From an uncultured delta proteobacterium (GTDB taxonomy: Bacteria; Desulfobacterota; Binatia; UBA9968): a DNA stretch of 64,000 nt. Numbering within the stretch: the first letter of the stretch is position 1; each line of letters begins with the position of its first letter. This document shows, one piece after another, positions 9,455 through 19,863 of this stretch. Made by a program: the position numbers and the translations under genes. The DNA lies in the NCBI GenBank assembly GCA_963840855.1, contig CAWJBB010000003.1, forward strand, positions 43,991 through 107,990, read 5' to 3'. The notes under the pieces were generated by a model. The model saw only the letters and a program-made list of their open reading frames with translations. It did no database searches and was not told the DNA's origin.

Positions 9455-10247
9455 CTACAATTCGCGGCTCACCGTTGCGCTAGCTCTTTCCGAATACACC
9501 GGAGCTCGTCCGGGTTTCGCAGTCTCCTCATCTAAAAGCTGGCGTCGAATCTCGGCGATTTGCGTTGGCACCGTGGCATCGACGACACCAATCTCAGTTT
9601 CTAGACGGCAGCCGCCCCGGCTGAGTTCAGAATCGGTCACGATCTCAATCACGCGTCCGTCATCGTGTCCCTGCGCCAGCAAGTCGGAGCGCATCTCGGC
9701 GAGCAGACCGTGATCCGCAGGGATTGAGACAGATACGAATGCGGCGCGCGTCGACGACCTCCTGACGCGCTCGCTCCAACACCGAGGCGACGATCTCGGG
9801 ATCGGCAGCTACCGTCCGGTGCACGATTTTCTCGGCGATCTCCACTGCCAAGCGCACGAGCTCCGGCGCGTAGCGCGCGATCATCTGTTCTTCGAAGACG
9901 ATCAATGCTTGGCCGGCGTTGGCGAAAGCAACGGCTGAAGGTAGCGCTTCCCGTTTTCCTTCTTCGCGCCCTTCTGCGGCACCTTGTGATCGGGCCTGCT
10001 CGCGCAGCATTTCAGCCTCTGCCCGAGCGTCATCAATGAGATCCTCCGCCCTTGCGCGCGCCTCTAACAGGAGCAGGTAAGGCACTAGTTTGAGCAGATC
10101 GAGAGACTCGAGATCGATATCGCGGCAGCCTCCGTAGGCGGCGCCCTCTTCCTCCCGAACCGGCACCGGCTCTTGGCCTTCCTGCCGATAGGGAAGCACA
10201 TCGGCGGGCTGCAAGCGGTCGCGCGCCAGCAGTTTAGACAAGGACAT
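9455..10247 (-). CDS. fliH: Flagellar assembly protein FliH (frameshift near 9715)
   Basis: GAAEGREEG repeats and LAVEIAEKIV in ORF 9660-10247; DSELSRGGCRLETEIGVVDAT in ORF 9455-9694. Confidence 0.88.
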
Positions 10248-11265
10248 CCTCCTTGCTCTTACCGCCGCTCAGCACGACCTTGCCTTCGGATTCGAGTCGT
10301 CGGGCCAGATCGATGACTTCTCGCTGGGCCGCTTCGACATCGCGCAAGCGCACGGGTCCCATTGACTCGATTTCTTCCTTGAGCAGCGCCCCGGCGCGTT
10401 CGGACATGTTGCCGAAAATCTTCTTTTTTAGATTTGGGCTGGCCGTGCGCATGCTCATCACCCACTTGTCCTTTTCAACTTCGCGGATAAGCACCTGCAT
10501 GCTCTGGTCGTCGATCTTGCCCAGGTCTTCGAAAGTAAACATGAGTTGGCGAATGCGCTCCGATAGTTCCGGCTCCAACTCGGTCAGGCCGTCCATGACA
10601 CGCGCTTCGGTGGCGTTGTCAACGAAGTTTAAAATTTCGGCGATGGGACGAACCCCTCCCACTTGTTTGCCTTGCACCTGGCGGATCTCGTTGCGCAGCA
10701 CCTTGCTCACTTCTTCGATGGCGCCGGGCGACGTACTGCCGAGACGGGTGATGCGAAAAGCCACTTCCGCCTGTTTGTCTTCGGGCATTAGCCCGAAGAC
10801 TTCGCCGGCGTGGGCGGGATAGAGATGGGCGAGGATGAAAGCCACAGTTTGCGGATGCTCTTCTTGAAGTAGCTGCGCCATGGTTTTCGCATCCATTTCA
10901 TGCAACACGTCGACGCCATAGGTATCGTCACCGCTGTCTTCCTGAAAAATGCGGCTGAGCACTGCGGACGCTTTTTCTGGGCCCATGGCCTTGCCTAAAA
11001 CCCGCTGCAGGTAATCGCTGCTGCCTTCGGCGAAGATGTTGGCCTTTTTCAAGTGCCGGCAGGTGTCTTCGAAGACCTCGTCGATGTCCTCAGGCGTGAT
11101 CTGCGACATGCGGTGCACGCCCTGGCGCAGCATGATCAACTCTTTCTCTTGCAGTTCGCCGCAAAGCGATGTCGCCAGCTCCTCGCCCACCAAGGCGATG
11201 AAAATCGCCGCCTTTTCCGGACCGCTTAATGTCAACACCGTCCGTTTTCTTGTTTCTTCGGCCAT
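10234..11265 (-). CDS. fliG: Flagellar motor switch protein FliG
   Basis: EHPQTVAFIL, MFTFEDL, NMSERAG, GPVRLRDVEAAQ. Confidence 0.97.
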   Translation of the reverse strand: MAEETRKRTVLTLSGPEKAAIFIALVGEELATSLCGELQEKELIMLRQGVHRMSQITPEDIDEVFEDTCRHLKKANIFAEGSSDYLQRVLGKAMGPEKASAVLSRIFQEDSGDDTYGVDVLHEMDAKTMAQLLQEEHPQTVAFILAHLYPAHAGEVFGLMPEDKQAEVAFRITRLGSTSPGAIEEVSKVLRNEIRQVQGKQVGGVRPIAEILNFVDNATEARVMDGLTELEPELSERIRQLMFTFEDLGKIDDQSMQVLIREVEKDKWVMSMRTASPNLKKKIFGNMSERAGALLKEEIESMGPVRLRDVEAAQREVIDLARRLESEGKVVLSGGKSKEDVLV

Positions 11266-11335
11266 CGGTAGTCCTCCAATGGATGCACTTGGCGCTGCGT
11301 ACTTACGTTAACGTCGCCTTCGGGTGAACTGAGAT

Positions 11336-11413
11336 CGTTCAGGTTCAACGTTGAAGGTTTGCAAATTCGCATTTGCATCCCAAAAATTGGACATTGAACC
11401 TTAAACTTTGAAA
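11336..11413. repeat. Inverted GTTCAA/TTGAAC repeat between fliF and fliG
   Basis: cgttcaggttcaacgttgaagg ... ttggacattgaaccttaaactttgaaac. Confidence 0.6.
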
Positions 11414-11425
11414 CCGGCGTAGCCC

Positions 11426-13045
11426 CTATCGCTCGTTCGCCGCGGCTTGCGCCCGCGCCTTGTTCACATCTTCCTGCAGCCACATGCGGACGATCCGCGC
11501 GGTGGCGTCGTGATAGTCGCGGGCAATCTGGGTGAGTTGCTCCTTGCGCGGGTCTTCCGAAACCACGACTTTTTGCGCCACCATCGCGACTTCTTCCTGT
11601 ACCTGTGCGGTGGTGGCCGTCGTGATGACGGGCCCCGGCGCCGGCTCTTTTTCAGCCACACGCCTCTTTGACCCGCCTCTCATTAGCAGAAAAATCAGCG
11701 TGCCCAGAATCAGCGCCGCGCCGACGGCCACGCCGATGCCAATCGGGGTCAGGACCATATCCTTTAGATTAGGCGCGACGACGGGCTGCGACGACGGCGC
11801 CGCGGGTTGAATCTTGAACGGCACGTTGGCCACCTCGATTTCGTCGCCGCGGTCGGCGTCAAATCCTACGGCCCGTTTGACCATGCCTTTGATGACTTCA
11901 ATCTCTTCCTTGCTGCGCGGAATGTATTTGTCTTTTTGATAGGTGCCATCGACCAGCACCGCCACGGAAAGCTTTTGCACCTGCCCGCGCGGCTCCATAG
12001 TGCGGCTGGTGGTACGGCCCACTTCGTACGTCACCATTTCGCTGCTCCGCTTTTGGCCCCCTTCCGCCGCGGTTTTGCCAGCCTCGCCGCCGGGGATGTT
12101 CGACTGCACACCCGGCACACCGCCACCCTTTAGCCCTGTGTCATCCACCGCCTGGCGCTGGCTGCGCACGACCCGGTTCTGCGGGTCAAACTGTTCCTTG
12201 GTCATTTGAGTTTCTTGCGGATTGATCTGCACGTTGGCGCGCACCACGACTTTTCCTGCCCCCAACACCGGGTCGAGCATGGATTCAACGCGCCGTTCCA
12301 TTTCCTGCTCGTGCTTGAGTTTGAGCTGATTGAGCTTTTCCGCTTCGCTGCTGGCCGCTACCGAGACGATCTCCTTGAGGGGGCGTCCAGAACTGTCGAT
12401 AACCGTGACTTTGTCGGCGCTCAATTTGGGCACGGAGCTGGCAACTAGATTGACGATTCCTTGAACCTGGTCGGGACTCAGATGGTAACCGGGCCTGAGT
12501 TCCACGACCACCGACGCCGACGGCTTCTCCTCCTGGCCGAAGAAATTCGACCGCGCCGGCAGCGCCAAATGAATACGGCTCGACTGCACCGCCGATAATG
12601 AATTGATCGTTCGCGACAGTTCTCCTTGCAGCGCGCGCAGATAGTTGACCTGTTGGGTGAATTCGCTAACGCCGAAGGCGGTCTTTTCAAAGATCTCGAA
12701 ACCTACCCCACCGCCGGCGGGTACGCCCTTGCCGGCAAGCTTCAAGCGGGTCGAATAGAGAACCCCGCGTGGCACTTCGATTGCCGTACCGCCGCCGGAA
12801 ACAACGTAAGGGATCTTCGCCGCCTCCAGTTCCTTGACGATAGCCGCCCCGTCCTGAGGCGATAGATTGGCATAAAGAGGTCCGTAATTGATCCGATCGT
12901 AGGTGTGGTAGGCGGCGTAGGCGATGCTCAATATGAGCGGCAGGCCGATGAACAGGAGCCGCTTTTGCCGGGGTGAAAGAAAGTCAAAGAGACGCGCGAG
13001 CATCTCCTTGAGGTCGTTTAAAAAATTGCTTAGTTGTTCAGGCAC
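11426..13045 (-). CDS. fliF: Flagellar M-ring protein FliF
   Basis: VGFEIFEK...YLRALQGELSRTI, GVPGVQSNIP, two transmembrane segments. Confidence 0.96.
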   Translation of the reverse strand: MPEQLSNFLNDLKEMLARLFDFLSPRQKRLLFIGLPLILSIAYAAYHTYDRINYGPLYANLSPQDGAAIVKELEAAKIPYVVSGGGTAIEVPRGVLYSTRLKLAGKGVPAGGGVGFEIFEKTAFGVSEFTQQVNYLRALQGELSRTINSLSAVQSSRIHLALPARSNFFGQEEKPSASVVVELRPGYHLSPDQVQGIVNLVASSVPKLSADKVTVIDSSGRPLKEIVSVAASSEAEKLNQLKLKHEQEMERRVESMLDPVLGAGKVVVRANVQINPQETQMTKEQFDPQNRVVRSQRQAVDDTGLKGGGVPGVQSNIPGGEAGKTAAEGGQKRSSEMVTYEVGRTTSRTMEPRGQVQKLSVAVLVDGTYQKDKYIPRSKEEIEVIKGMVKRAVGFDADRGDEIEVANVPFKIQPAAPSSQPVVAPNLKDMVLTPIGIGVAVGAALILGTLIFLLMRGGSKRRVAEKEPAPGPVITTATTAQVQEEVAMVAQKVVVSEDPRKEQLTQIARDYHDATARIVRMWLQEDVNKARAQAAANER

Positions 13046-13109
13046 GGTTCAATTTTCAATGAGCAAGAGTTGGGGTTGCTAAACAGGTAAAAACGCGTTT
13101 TCGCCGGCA

Positions 13110-13409
13110 CTATACCTGCATTCGCATGATCTCCTGATACGCTTCCAATACTTTGTTGCGAATCTGCATCATCAGACGAAACGAGACATCGGCCTTTTCC
13201 AGCGCCACCATTGTTTCTTGCAGATCGCCCTTCCCTTCGCCCACCAACTGTTGAATTGCTTGATCGGCTTTTTGCTGCAGCTCATTGACTTCCCCGAGGG
13301 CCTTATTCAGATGGGCGCCAAAATCTCCCTTGGCGTTATCCTGCGTCGGCTTGGCCTCCGTCAGCGGGTTTTTCGTGGAGAGCAGATCGACCCCTTTAAT
13401 CGTATTCAT
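13110..13409 (-). CDS. fliE: Flagellar hook-basal body protein FliE
   Basis: QIRNKVLEAYQEIMRMQV. Confidence 0.97.
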   Translation of the reverse strand: MNTIKGVDLLSTKNPLTEAKPTQDNAKGDFGAHLNKALGEVNELQQKADQAIQQLVGEGKGDLQETMVALEKADVSFRLMMQIRNKVLEAYQEIMRMQV

Positions 13410-13442
13410 GCTATGCAGTTCTCCCTCACCGTAAAACTTGAG

Positions 13443-13895
13443 TTACGGATTGCGGCCAATTTCCAGCAGTCTTCTGACCAGCCCCTTGGTGGTGTTGTAG
13501 GCGGTTAAATTGGCTTCATAGCTGCGCACTGCCGACATCAGATCGACCATTTCCTCAATGACGTTGATATCCGGCAAAGAGACGTAGCCCTCGGTGTTGG
13601 CGTCCGGATGTTTGGGATCGAAAATCTGCCGCGGCGGGCGGCTCGACTGGCGAATGCCCGCTACTTGCACCGATAAGAGCCCCTCGGGATTGTCGAAAAA
13701 ATTCTCGGATAAAAGATCGGCGAACTCACCGTTGGCCGGCACCGCCTGAAAAATAATATCGCGGCGGCGGTAAGGCCCGCCCTCCGGCGTGCGCGTGGTT
13801 TCGGTGTTGGCCAGGTTGCCCGTGATCACGCTCATGCGGTCTCGCTGCGCCGCCATGCCGGCGCCGCTTATGGCAAACATCTTGAATAGGTTCAT
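13443..13895 (-). CDS. flgC: Flagellar basal-body rod protein FlgC
   Basis: NLANTETTRTPEGGPYRRR, DPKHPDA, EMVDLMSAVRSYEAN. Confidence 0.97.
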   Translation of the reverse strand: MNLFKMFAISGAGMAAQRDRMSVITGNLANTETTRTPEGGPYRRRDIIFQAVPANGEFADLLSENFFDNPEGLLSVQVAGIRQSSRPPRQIFDPKHPDANTEGYVSLPDINVIEEMVDLMSAVRSYEANLTAYNTTKGLVRRLLEIGRNP

Positions 13896-13900
13896 TCCGT

Positions 13901-14326
13901 TTAACTCCTTCCGTCACTGATGACATAGCGCAGCTTCGCCAGCGTGCGCGAAAACAACGTCAAGTTTGCTTCGTAAGACAGCGCGTTCTCGTTGAGCAGC
14001 GCAATCTGGCGGTCCAGGCTCACCCGGTTGCCGTCCAAACGCTCTTCGCCGTGGCGTTGGCCGCCGCTCGACGGCTCATAGACCGCCGCCTCAAACCCCA
14101 GCGTGCCCGAAAGCATTTCATCCATTTGCCGCTCCCGTGAGACCGGACGATCATCGAGCTCCATAGCAGTCTGAATAACCGATTCAAAATCGAGGTCCTT
14201 CGGGCGAAAACCGGGGGTGTCCGCGTTGGCGATATTGGCGCTCAACACTTCATGGCGCGCTCCGCGCACGCGCATCGACAGCTCGAGCAACTGGTGAGTG
14301 AAATCAAAAAGCCTTAAGGTAGCCAT
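13901..14326 (-). CDS. flgB: Flagellar basal-body rod protein FlgB
   Basis: NIANADTPGFRPKDL, RLDGNRVSLD. Confidence 0.95.
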   Translation of the reverse strand: MATLRLFDFTHQLLELSMRVRGARHEVLSANIANADTPGFRPKDLDFESVIQTAMELDDRPVSRERQMDEMLSGTLGFEAAVYEPSSGGQRHGEERLDGNRVSLDRQIALLNENALSYEANLTLFSRTLAKLRYVISDGRS

Positions 14327-15694
14327 CTAGAGTTCCCTCGGATATTCTTTCTCGCGGTATTGCTTGAGCTTGTTGCGCAGCGTGCGCACGCTGATCCCTA
14401 GCATCTTGGCCGCCCGCGTGCGGTTGTCGTGTACCTGGTTGAGGGTCTTGAAAATCAGCTGCTCTTCCATTTCACGCACCGACACGGTGGCGTCTGGCGC
14501 CGCCATGCGGGGCGCATCACTCTGGGCTTGCGCAGCGACGGCCACCGGCACGGGACATAGATCCTCTTCCATTCCCATCATTTCTTCGAGCCACAAGTGG
14601 GCCGGCTCAATCACACCCCCATCGGCGACGATGGCGGCACGCTCTAGGACATTGAACAGCTCGCGCACGTTGCCGCGCCAGGAATTATTCTTGAGATGGC
14701 TGACCGCCTCCGCCGTGAGCTGCGCCCGATGATAACCCTGTCTGACGAAGAACGAGCGCGCCAGCGTCGTGATATCATCGATGCGCTCGCGCAACGGAAA
14801 GAGCCTCACCGGCACAACATTTAAGCGGTAAAACAAATCCTCGCGGAACGTCCCGGCGCGGATCATGTCGCGCAGGTCGCAGTTGGTGGTCGAAAGAACC
14901 CGGATGTCGATGGGCAGTGGTTTCTTTCCGCCGAGCCGGTCCACTTCCCGTTCCTGCAAGACGCGCAAGAGCTTGGCCTGAAGCGCCAATGGCATCTCGC
15001 TGATTTCGTCGAGCAGTATAGTACCGGTGTGGGCCAGCTCGAACTTGCCGGGTTTGTTGCCGATGGCGCCGGTGAAGGCGCCGCGTTCATGGCCGAATAA
15101 TTCTGATTCCAAAAGACCTTCGGGCAAGGCGGCGCAGTTTACCGCCACAAATGGGCCAGCGCCGCGCCGGCTGTTTGCATGAATGTAGCGCGCCAGAAGC
15201 TCTTTGCCCGTGCCGCTCTCGCCCTGAATCAAGATCGAGGCGTGGGACTTGGCGACCTGCCGGACGAATTCCAGCAGAGCAAGCATGCGCGGGTGGGCGG
15301 TGATGATATCGCCATTTTGCTCCCCCGCCGCTACCTCCCGGCTTGCCCGTGACAGCCCCCCCTCCACCAGAGGAATCAGCTCGCGATAAGAAAACGGCTT
15401 GACGACGAAATCGTAGGCGCCGATCTTCATCGCCTCCACGGCCTCGGGCACGGTGGCGAAACCGCTGATCATGATGAAAGGAATATTGGGAAAGCGTTTT
15501 AACAGCTCCAGGCCGCCGAGCACCGGCATGCGCACGTCGCTGATCACCAGATCGGCGCCCGACTGGCGCAGATGGCGTTCCGCTTCTTCGCCGTTGGCAA
15601 AGAGCGCCGCGTCAAATCCAGCGCTGCGCATCGCTTCGCCGAGGGCCGAGCGCATCGTCGGATCGTCATCAGCGATAACAATTCGGTTGTGCAT
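14327..15694 (-). CDS. Sigma-54-dependent response regulator, FleR/FlrC-like
   Basis: REC (IADDD, DVRMP, KPF), [29 protein letters not shown]; start re-called at ATG 15694. Confidence 0.9.
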   Translation of the reverse strand: MHNRIVIADDDPTMRSALGEAMRSAGFDAALFANGEEAERHLRQSGADLVISDVRMPVLGGLELLKRFPNIPFIMISGFATVPEAVEAMKIGAYDFVVKPFSYRELIPLVEGGLSRASREVAAGEQNGDIITAHPRMLALLEFVRQVAKSHASILIQGESGTGKELLARYIHANSRRGAGPFVAVNCAALPEGLLESELFGHERGAFTGAIGNKPGKFELAHTGTILLDEISEMPLALQAKLLRVLQEREVDRLGGKKPLPIDIRVLSTTNCDLRDMIRAGTFREDLFYRLNVVPVRLFPLRERIDDITTLARSFFVRQGYHRAQLTAEAVSHLKNNSWRGNVRELFNVLERAAIVADGGVIEPAHLWLEEMMGMEEDLCPVPVAVAAQAQSDAPRMAAPDATVSVREMEEQLIFKTLNQVHDNRTRAAKMLGISVRTLRNKLKQYREKEYPREL

Positions 15695-15698
15695 GGAC

Positions 15699-16928
15699 TT
15701 AGATCTCCTCCGCCGCCGGCAAGAACACGGAGAACTGCGTTCCCCGGCCAGGGCTAGACGTGATTTTAATGGAGCCGCGATGGGCGCTGATGATTTTGTG
15801 CGTGAAGGCCAGGCCGAGGCCCGTGCCTTGCGTTTTAGTAGTAAAAAACGGGTCGAAGATGCGCTCGCGGTTTTCCGGCGAAATGCCGGCGCCCTCGTCG
15901 CTAACTGTGATTTCAATGGCCTTATGAATATGGCCGTTCATTGCCGAGAACGGCGACAGTTGCGCGCGAACATCGACCGCGCCGCCCTCGGGCATGGCTT
16001 CCTTGGCGTTGACGATCAGATTGAGCAGCGCCTGCGCCAGCAGGCCGCGGTCGCCCCAGAGCGGCGCGAGTACGGTTTCGCAGTCAAAGGCAACCGACCA
16101 ACGCGAGTCGTTAAAATAGGGCCGGCAATCCTCTTGCAAATCGTTCAACAGAGACTCGACCTGTAATACATCGCCGCTCATGGTTGGTTCGGCAGCGAAG
16201 GACAAGAGATGGGAAAGGGTGGTGTATAAGCGCTGCACCGCGCTGAGGATTTCCCCCGCTAAACGCTGGGGATCGCCAGCAGATTTTTCTTTGAGCAGTG
16301 AGGCGTATAACTCGATGCCGCCGAGGGGGCTGCGCACCTGGTGTGCGATCTCGGATGCCATGATGCCGAGGGAAGCCAAACGACGCGTGCGCGCCGCTTC
16401 CGCCTCCAGCCGTTTGAGCGTCGTGATATCCTGAAACACCAGCACATATTCGCTGGACCGTCGTCCGGTGGCGACTTCCGAAAGCACGAAGTGCACCGGC
16501 GTCATCATGCCGCCGGGCCCTTGCGCCACTTTCTCACATTCCAAAGGCAAAAAACTCTTGTCACCACGCTGCAAACTGGAGGCGAGTTTTTCGCCCAGCA
16601 ATTGCCGCGCCCGATCGCCGTCGACATGGCCGAGCAATTCGCTGACGCGACGGTTGAGGAAGGTCGGTTGGAGATGGCGATCAAGGACCAAGACACCGGC
16701 TTTGAGACTCTCCAGCACCGATAGCAGATAGGCGCGCGCTTCCTCGCGTTCGCGCAGGCTCGACTTCAACTCTCGATGCTTGGCCTCGAGCTGACCTTTC
16801 AGGTAAGCTGCGCGCTCGTCGAGACGGCGGTATTCCTCGATCAGCTCGACGCTGCTCTGATTGAACCAGCCGATGAGACTCGTTAGGGCTTGGACATTCT
16901 CTTGCGGCTGGCTGAGCGGAACCAACAT
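15699..16928 (-). CDS. Sensor histidine kinase, FleS/FlrB-like
   Basis: IAHQVRSPLGGIELYA H box, NLIVNA, DEGAG, PFFTTK, GTGLGL. Confidence 0.9.
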   Translation of the reverse strand: MLVPLSQPQENVQALTSLIGWFNQSSVELIEEYRRLDERAAYLKGQLEAKHRELKSSLREREEARAYLLSVLESLKAGVLVLDRHLQPTFLNRRVSELLGHVDGDRARQLLGEKLASSLQRGDKSFLPLECEKVAQGPGGMMTPVHFVLSEVATGRRSSEYVLVFQDITTLKRLEAEAARTRRLASLGIMASEIAHQVRSPLGGIELYASLLKEKSAGDPQRLAGEILSAVQRLYTTLSHLLSFAAEPTMSGDVLQVESLLNDLQEDCRPYFNDSRWSVAFDCETVLAPLWGDRGLLAQALLNLIVNAKEAMPEGGAVDVRAQLSPFSAMNGHIHKAIEITVSDEGAGISPENRERIFDPFFTTKTQGTGLGLAFTHKIISAHRGSIKITSSPGRGTQFSVFLPAAEEI

Positions 16929-16972
16929 TTCTTGCCTCCTCGTTCTCCTAGAAAAAATCTATCAGAATGAGG

Positions 16973-16988
16973 AGCAATGGCCGTGCCA
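16973..16988 (-). promoter_or_regulatory. Sigma-54 promoter for the fleSR-like-flgBC-fliE... operon
   Basis: TGGCACGGCCATTGCT, a full consensus match 45 bp upstream of the kinase start. Confidence 0.88.
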
Positions 16989-17005
16989 GCCGTCGGCGAG
17001 CCCGG

Positions 17006-18157
17006 CTAGACCGTCACGGTCTCGAATTTGCCGGCGCGCGGGAGTGAAAATGGGTTCGAACTCCAATAACCGGTCTCGGCTTCCGTTCCCGGATGGCGGC
17101 CTTCCGTCACATTGACGACGCCACCGTTCGGGTTTTGGCGGGCGGAAGTCAGCAAACCTTTTTTGCGCAGACGTTCGATGAACGTGGTGCGGTTAAGATT
17201 GAGCATGTTCGCGGCGAGTGTCTTGTTGCCGCGCGCCCGTTCCAGCGCCTGGCAGATGAAACCGTTCTCGATCTTCTCGAGATAGTGGTCCAGGTCCATG
17301 CCGCTGACGGGCAGCGCCGCGCCGGCGGATTGATTCGATGAACCGTTTTGAATGACGTAGTCGGGAAGCTCATTGACGCGAATGACGCCGTCTTCGTTGA
17401 GCACGATCAGGCGTTCCACGAGATTCTCCACTTCACGGACGTTGCCGGGCCAGCGGTACTTTTCGAGCACCATCATCGCTTCAGGCTCCACCTGCGCCAC
17501 TCGTTTACCTTTGCGTAGGCCGTGCAGAGCCAAGAAGTGTTTAACAAGCAGCGTGATATCCCCCTCGCGTTCGCGCAGCGCAGACAGATGCACGGGTAAG
17601 ACATTCAAGCGATAGAAGAGATCTTCGCGAAACTTGCCTTCACGCACCGCGACATGCAAATCGCGGTTGGTGGCGGCCACCACGCGCACATCCACCTGCA
17701 CCCCGCGGTCACTGCCCACCGGTTCAAACTGGCGCTCTTGCAAAACACGCAGCAGCTTGACTTGCAGCTTCGGGCTCATCTCGCCGATCTCATCGAGAAA
17801 CAAGGTGCCGCCGTTGGCGAGTTGAAAGCGCCCCTGACGCGAGTTCACCGCGCCCGTGAAAGCGCCGCGTACATGGCCGAAAAGCTCGCTCTCCAACAAT
17901 TCCTCCGGAATCGCGCCGCAATTGACCGGCACGAAGGGCTGATCGCGGCGCGGACTCAACTCGTGAATCGCGCGCGCTGCTAACTCTTTGCCCGTGCCGC
18001 TCTCGCCGGTAATGAGGATCGTCGAATTGCTGTCGGCCACCTTGTTAATCAGTGAGTGGATTTGGCGCATCTTGGGGCTGTTTCCCACAAGTGGGTTCAT
18101 CGCCGATGATGCTTCGGCGGACTCTTCCGTGAGGCGTGGTGAGGCTTGCAACTCCAT
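17006..18157 (-). CDS. Sigma-54 enhancer-binding protein, FleQ/FlrA-like, with no N-terminal regulatory domain
   Basis: AAA+ domain begins about 20 aa after the start (LVGNSPKM); [32 protein letters not shown]; alternative start at 18187. Confidence 0.85.
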   Translation of the reverse strand: MELQASPRLTEESAEASSAMNPLVGNSPKMRQIHSLINKVADSNSTILITGESGTGKELAARAIHELSPRRDQPFVPVNCGAIPEELLESELFGHVRGAFTGAVNSRQGRFQLANGGTLFLDEIGEMSPKLQVKLLRVLQERQFEPVGSDRGVQVDVRVVAATNRDLHVAVREGKFREDLFYRLNVLPVHLSALREREGDITLLVKHFLALHGLRKGKRVAQVEPEAMMVLEKYRWPGNVREVENLVERLIVLNEDGVIRVNELPDYVIQNGSSNQSAGAALPVSGMDLDHYLEKIENGFICQALERARGNKTLAANMLNLNRTTFIERLRKKGLLTSARQNPNGGVVNVTEGRHPGTEAETGYWSSNPFSLPRAGKFETVTV

Positions 18158-18210
18158 AGGGTCTCCTTTGTTGATTGGGCATTCCAAATAACTGACCGTT
18201 TGCCCTTTTT

Positions 18211-18226
18211 AGCACACTCCATGCCA
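18211..18226 (-). promoter_or_regulatory. Possible sigma-54 promoter upstream of the FleQ-like gene
   Basis: TGGCATGGAGTGTGCT (GG-N10-GC). Confidence 0.55.
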
Positions 18227-18451
18227 CTATTTTCCAAGTCCGTTAAATCGCCCTTAACCTACCGGCAAATAAAGTATTTCTTGGCACGAAGGTCGCGGGT
18301 GGAAATTCTTTCCCAGTGGCAAACAATTAACGCCGGTGACCTCGACGTTAAAAGATTGCCGCTGGCGGAAGCTCGGGAGTGATCGAGCGTTGGGAAATGG
18401 AGTCGCGGAGTGATGAAGGGATATCGCGGCTAACTGACCTTCTTTAACGAC

Positions 18452-18532
18452 TCGTTCAAGTTCAAATCGTTCAAGCCGTTCAAAACGTTTCCGGATCCGT
18501 TGGACGACTTGAACGATTGGAACGGTTTGAAC
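18452..18532. repeat. Inverted 9-nt-period repeat (TTCAANNCG)
   Basis: gttcaagttcaaatcgttcaagccgttcaaaacg ... cgttggacgacttgaacgattggaacggtttgaac. Confidence 0.75.
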
Positions 18533-18543
18533 TAGCCGGAGGT

Positions 18544-19863
18544 TTATTCGCCGATCTTATTTTGATTGCCAACGACGACGGTGATGAATTTTTCCGGCTG
18601 GAGATATCGTTTGGCGACTCTTAACACATCTTCGCGCGTCACTTTGCCGATGAAATCGCCGTAGCGGTCCGGATAGTCCAAGCCGAGCTGAAAAAATTCC
18701 ACCTGCGCGAGAAAATTGGCGACCTTGCGGTTGGTGTCCAGACGCAGCGGAAAGCTCCCGGTGAGGTAGTCTTTGGCGTCGTTCAACTCTTGCTCGCTCA
18801 CCAGCTCGCGCCGGATGCGTTCGATTTCTTCACGAGCGATGCGCATCGCTTCGCGCGCGCTATCGTTCTTTGTCTGCATCACGAACTGGAAAGTCCCATG
18901 GCTCTTGTCAGCATTGAAATACGTATACACGGAATACGCCAGGCCGCGTTCATTGCGGATCGAATCCACGACCCGCGACGAAAATCCGCCGCCGCCCAGA
19001 ATATTATTCATGACCTGAATGGCGTAGTAATCTGGGTTGCCGCGGGTTACGCCCTCATGTCCCATGATGATGTTGGCCTGGGTAAGTTCCTTGCTGACGC
19101 GAATCGACGTCGGCGCACCGGTAGCCGAGGGCACCAGCGGCTTGCCACCAGGCTCGCCTTTTTTCCACGAACTGAACGCTTGGTTAAGCGCCTCGGCGAT
19201 TTCCTCGGCGGTGACGTCGCCGACCACCGCCATGATGGTCCGGTTGGGCCGATAATAACGCTCATAAAACTCTCTGAGGCTCTTTTGTGAAATGGCTCTG
19301 ACCGAGGACTCCATGCCTTCGACGGGACGGCCATAGGGACTGTTAGGAAATAGCGCCGCTGCAAATCTGCGCTCGGCTATATCACCCGGTTCTTCTTCGC
19401 GCGCCTTGAGGGACGCCACGATCGACTGCTTTTGGCGCTCGATCTCCTCTTGCGGGAACGTGGACTGCGTCAGCACTTCCGCCAGCAGCGCCAAGCCAGT
19501 GGGTAGATCTTTCTTGAGTATCGTCATGCTGACGCTCGCGAGATTTTCGCTGCAGCCGGTTGACAGGCTGGCGCCGATGAAATCAAGAGCGTCGCTGATC
19601 TGCAACGCCGAGCGCCGTTTGGTGCCATAGGTCAGGAGCCGCGCCACAAGATTGGCGAGACCCTCCTGTCCGCCGCCGTCATAGCGCGCGCCCGCGTCGA
19701 TCAAGAGCTCGATGGAAATCATCGGCAACGCCCGCTGTTCCGAAGTCAGCAGGACGACACCGTTATCAAGCTCCGTCCGTTTCGGCGTAAGCTCCGCCGA
19801 CGCAGGCACCGCCGCCATCAGTATGGCGAGAGCAAATAACAAGCCCGGAAGAGTCTTTTTCAT
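18544..19863 (-). CDS. M16 family peptidase, non-catalytic subunit
   Basis: Signal peptide; lacks HXXEH; GGGGFSSR...RNERGLAYSV. Confidence 0.9.
   Translation of the reverse strand: MKKTLPGLLFALAILMAAVPASAELTPKRTELDNGVVLLTSEQRALPMISIELLIDAGARYDGGGQEGLANLVARLLTYGTKRRSALQISDALDFIGASLSTGCSENLASVSMTILKKDLPTGLALLAEVLTQSTFPQEEIERQKQSIVASLKAREEEPGDIAERRFAAALFPNSPYGRPVEGMESSVRAISQKSLREFYERYYRPNRTIMAVVGDVTAEEIAEALNQAFSSWKKGEPGGKPLVPSATGAPTSIRVSKELTQANIIMGHEGVTRGNPDYYAIQVMNNILGGGGFSSRVVDSIRNERGLAYSVYTYFNADKSHGTFQFVMQTKNDSAREAMRIAREEIERIRRELVSEQELNDAKDYLTGSFPLRLDTNRKVANFLAQVEFFQLGLDYPDRYGDFIGKVTREDVLRVAKRYLQPEKFITVVVGNQNKIGE

Noticed and set aside
15694-15916. N-terminal extension of ORF 14327-15916
   Set aside because: Overlaps the kinase 3' end; the receiver domain starts at ATG 15694
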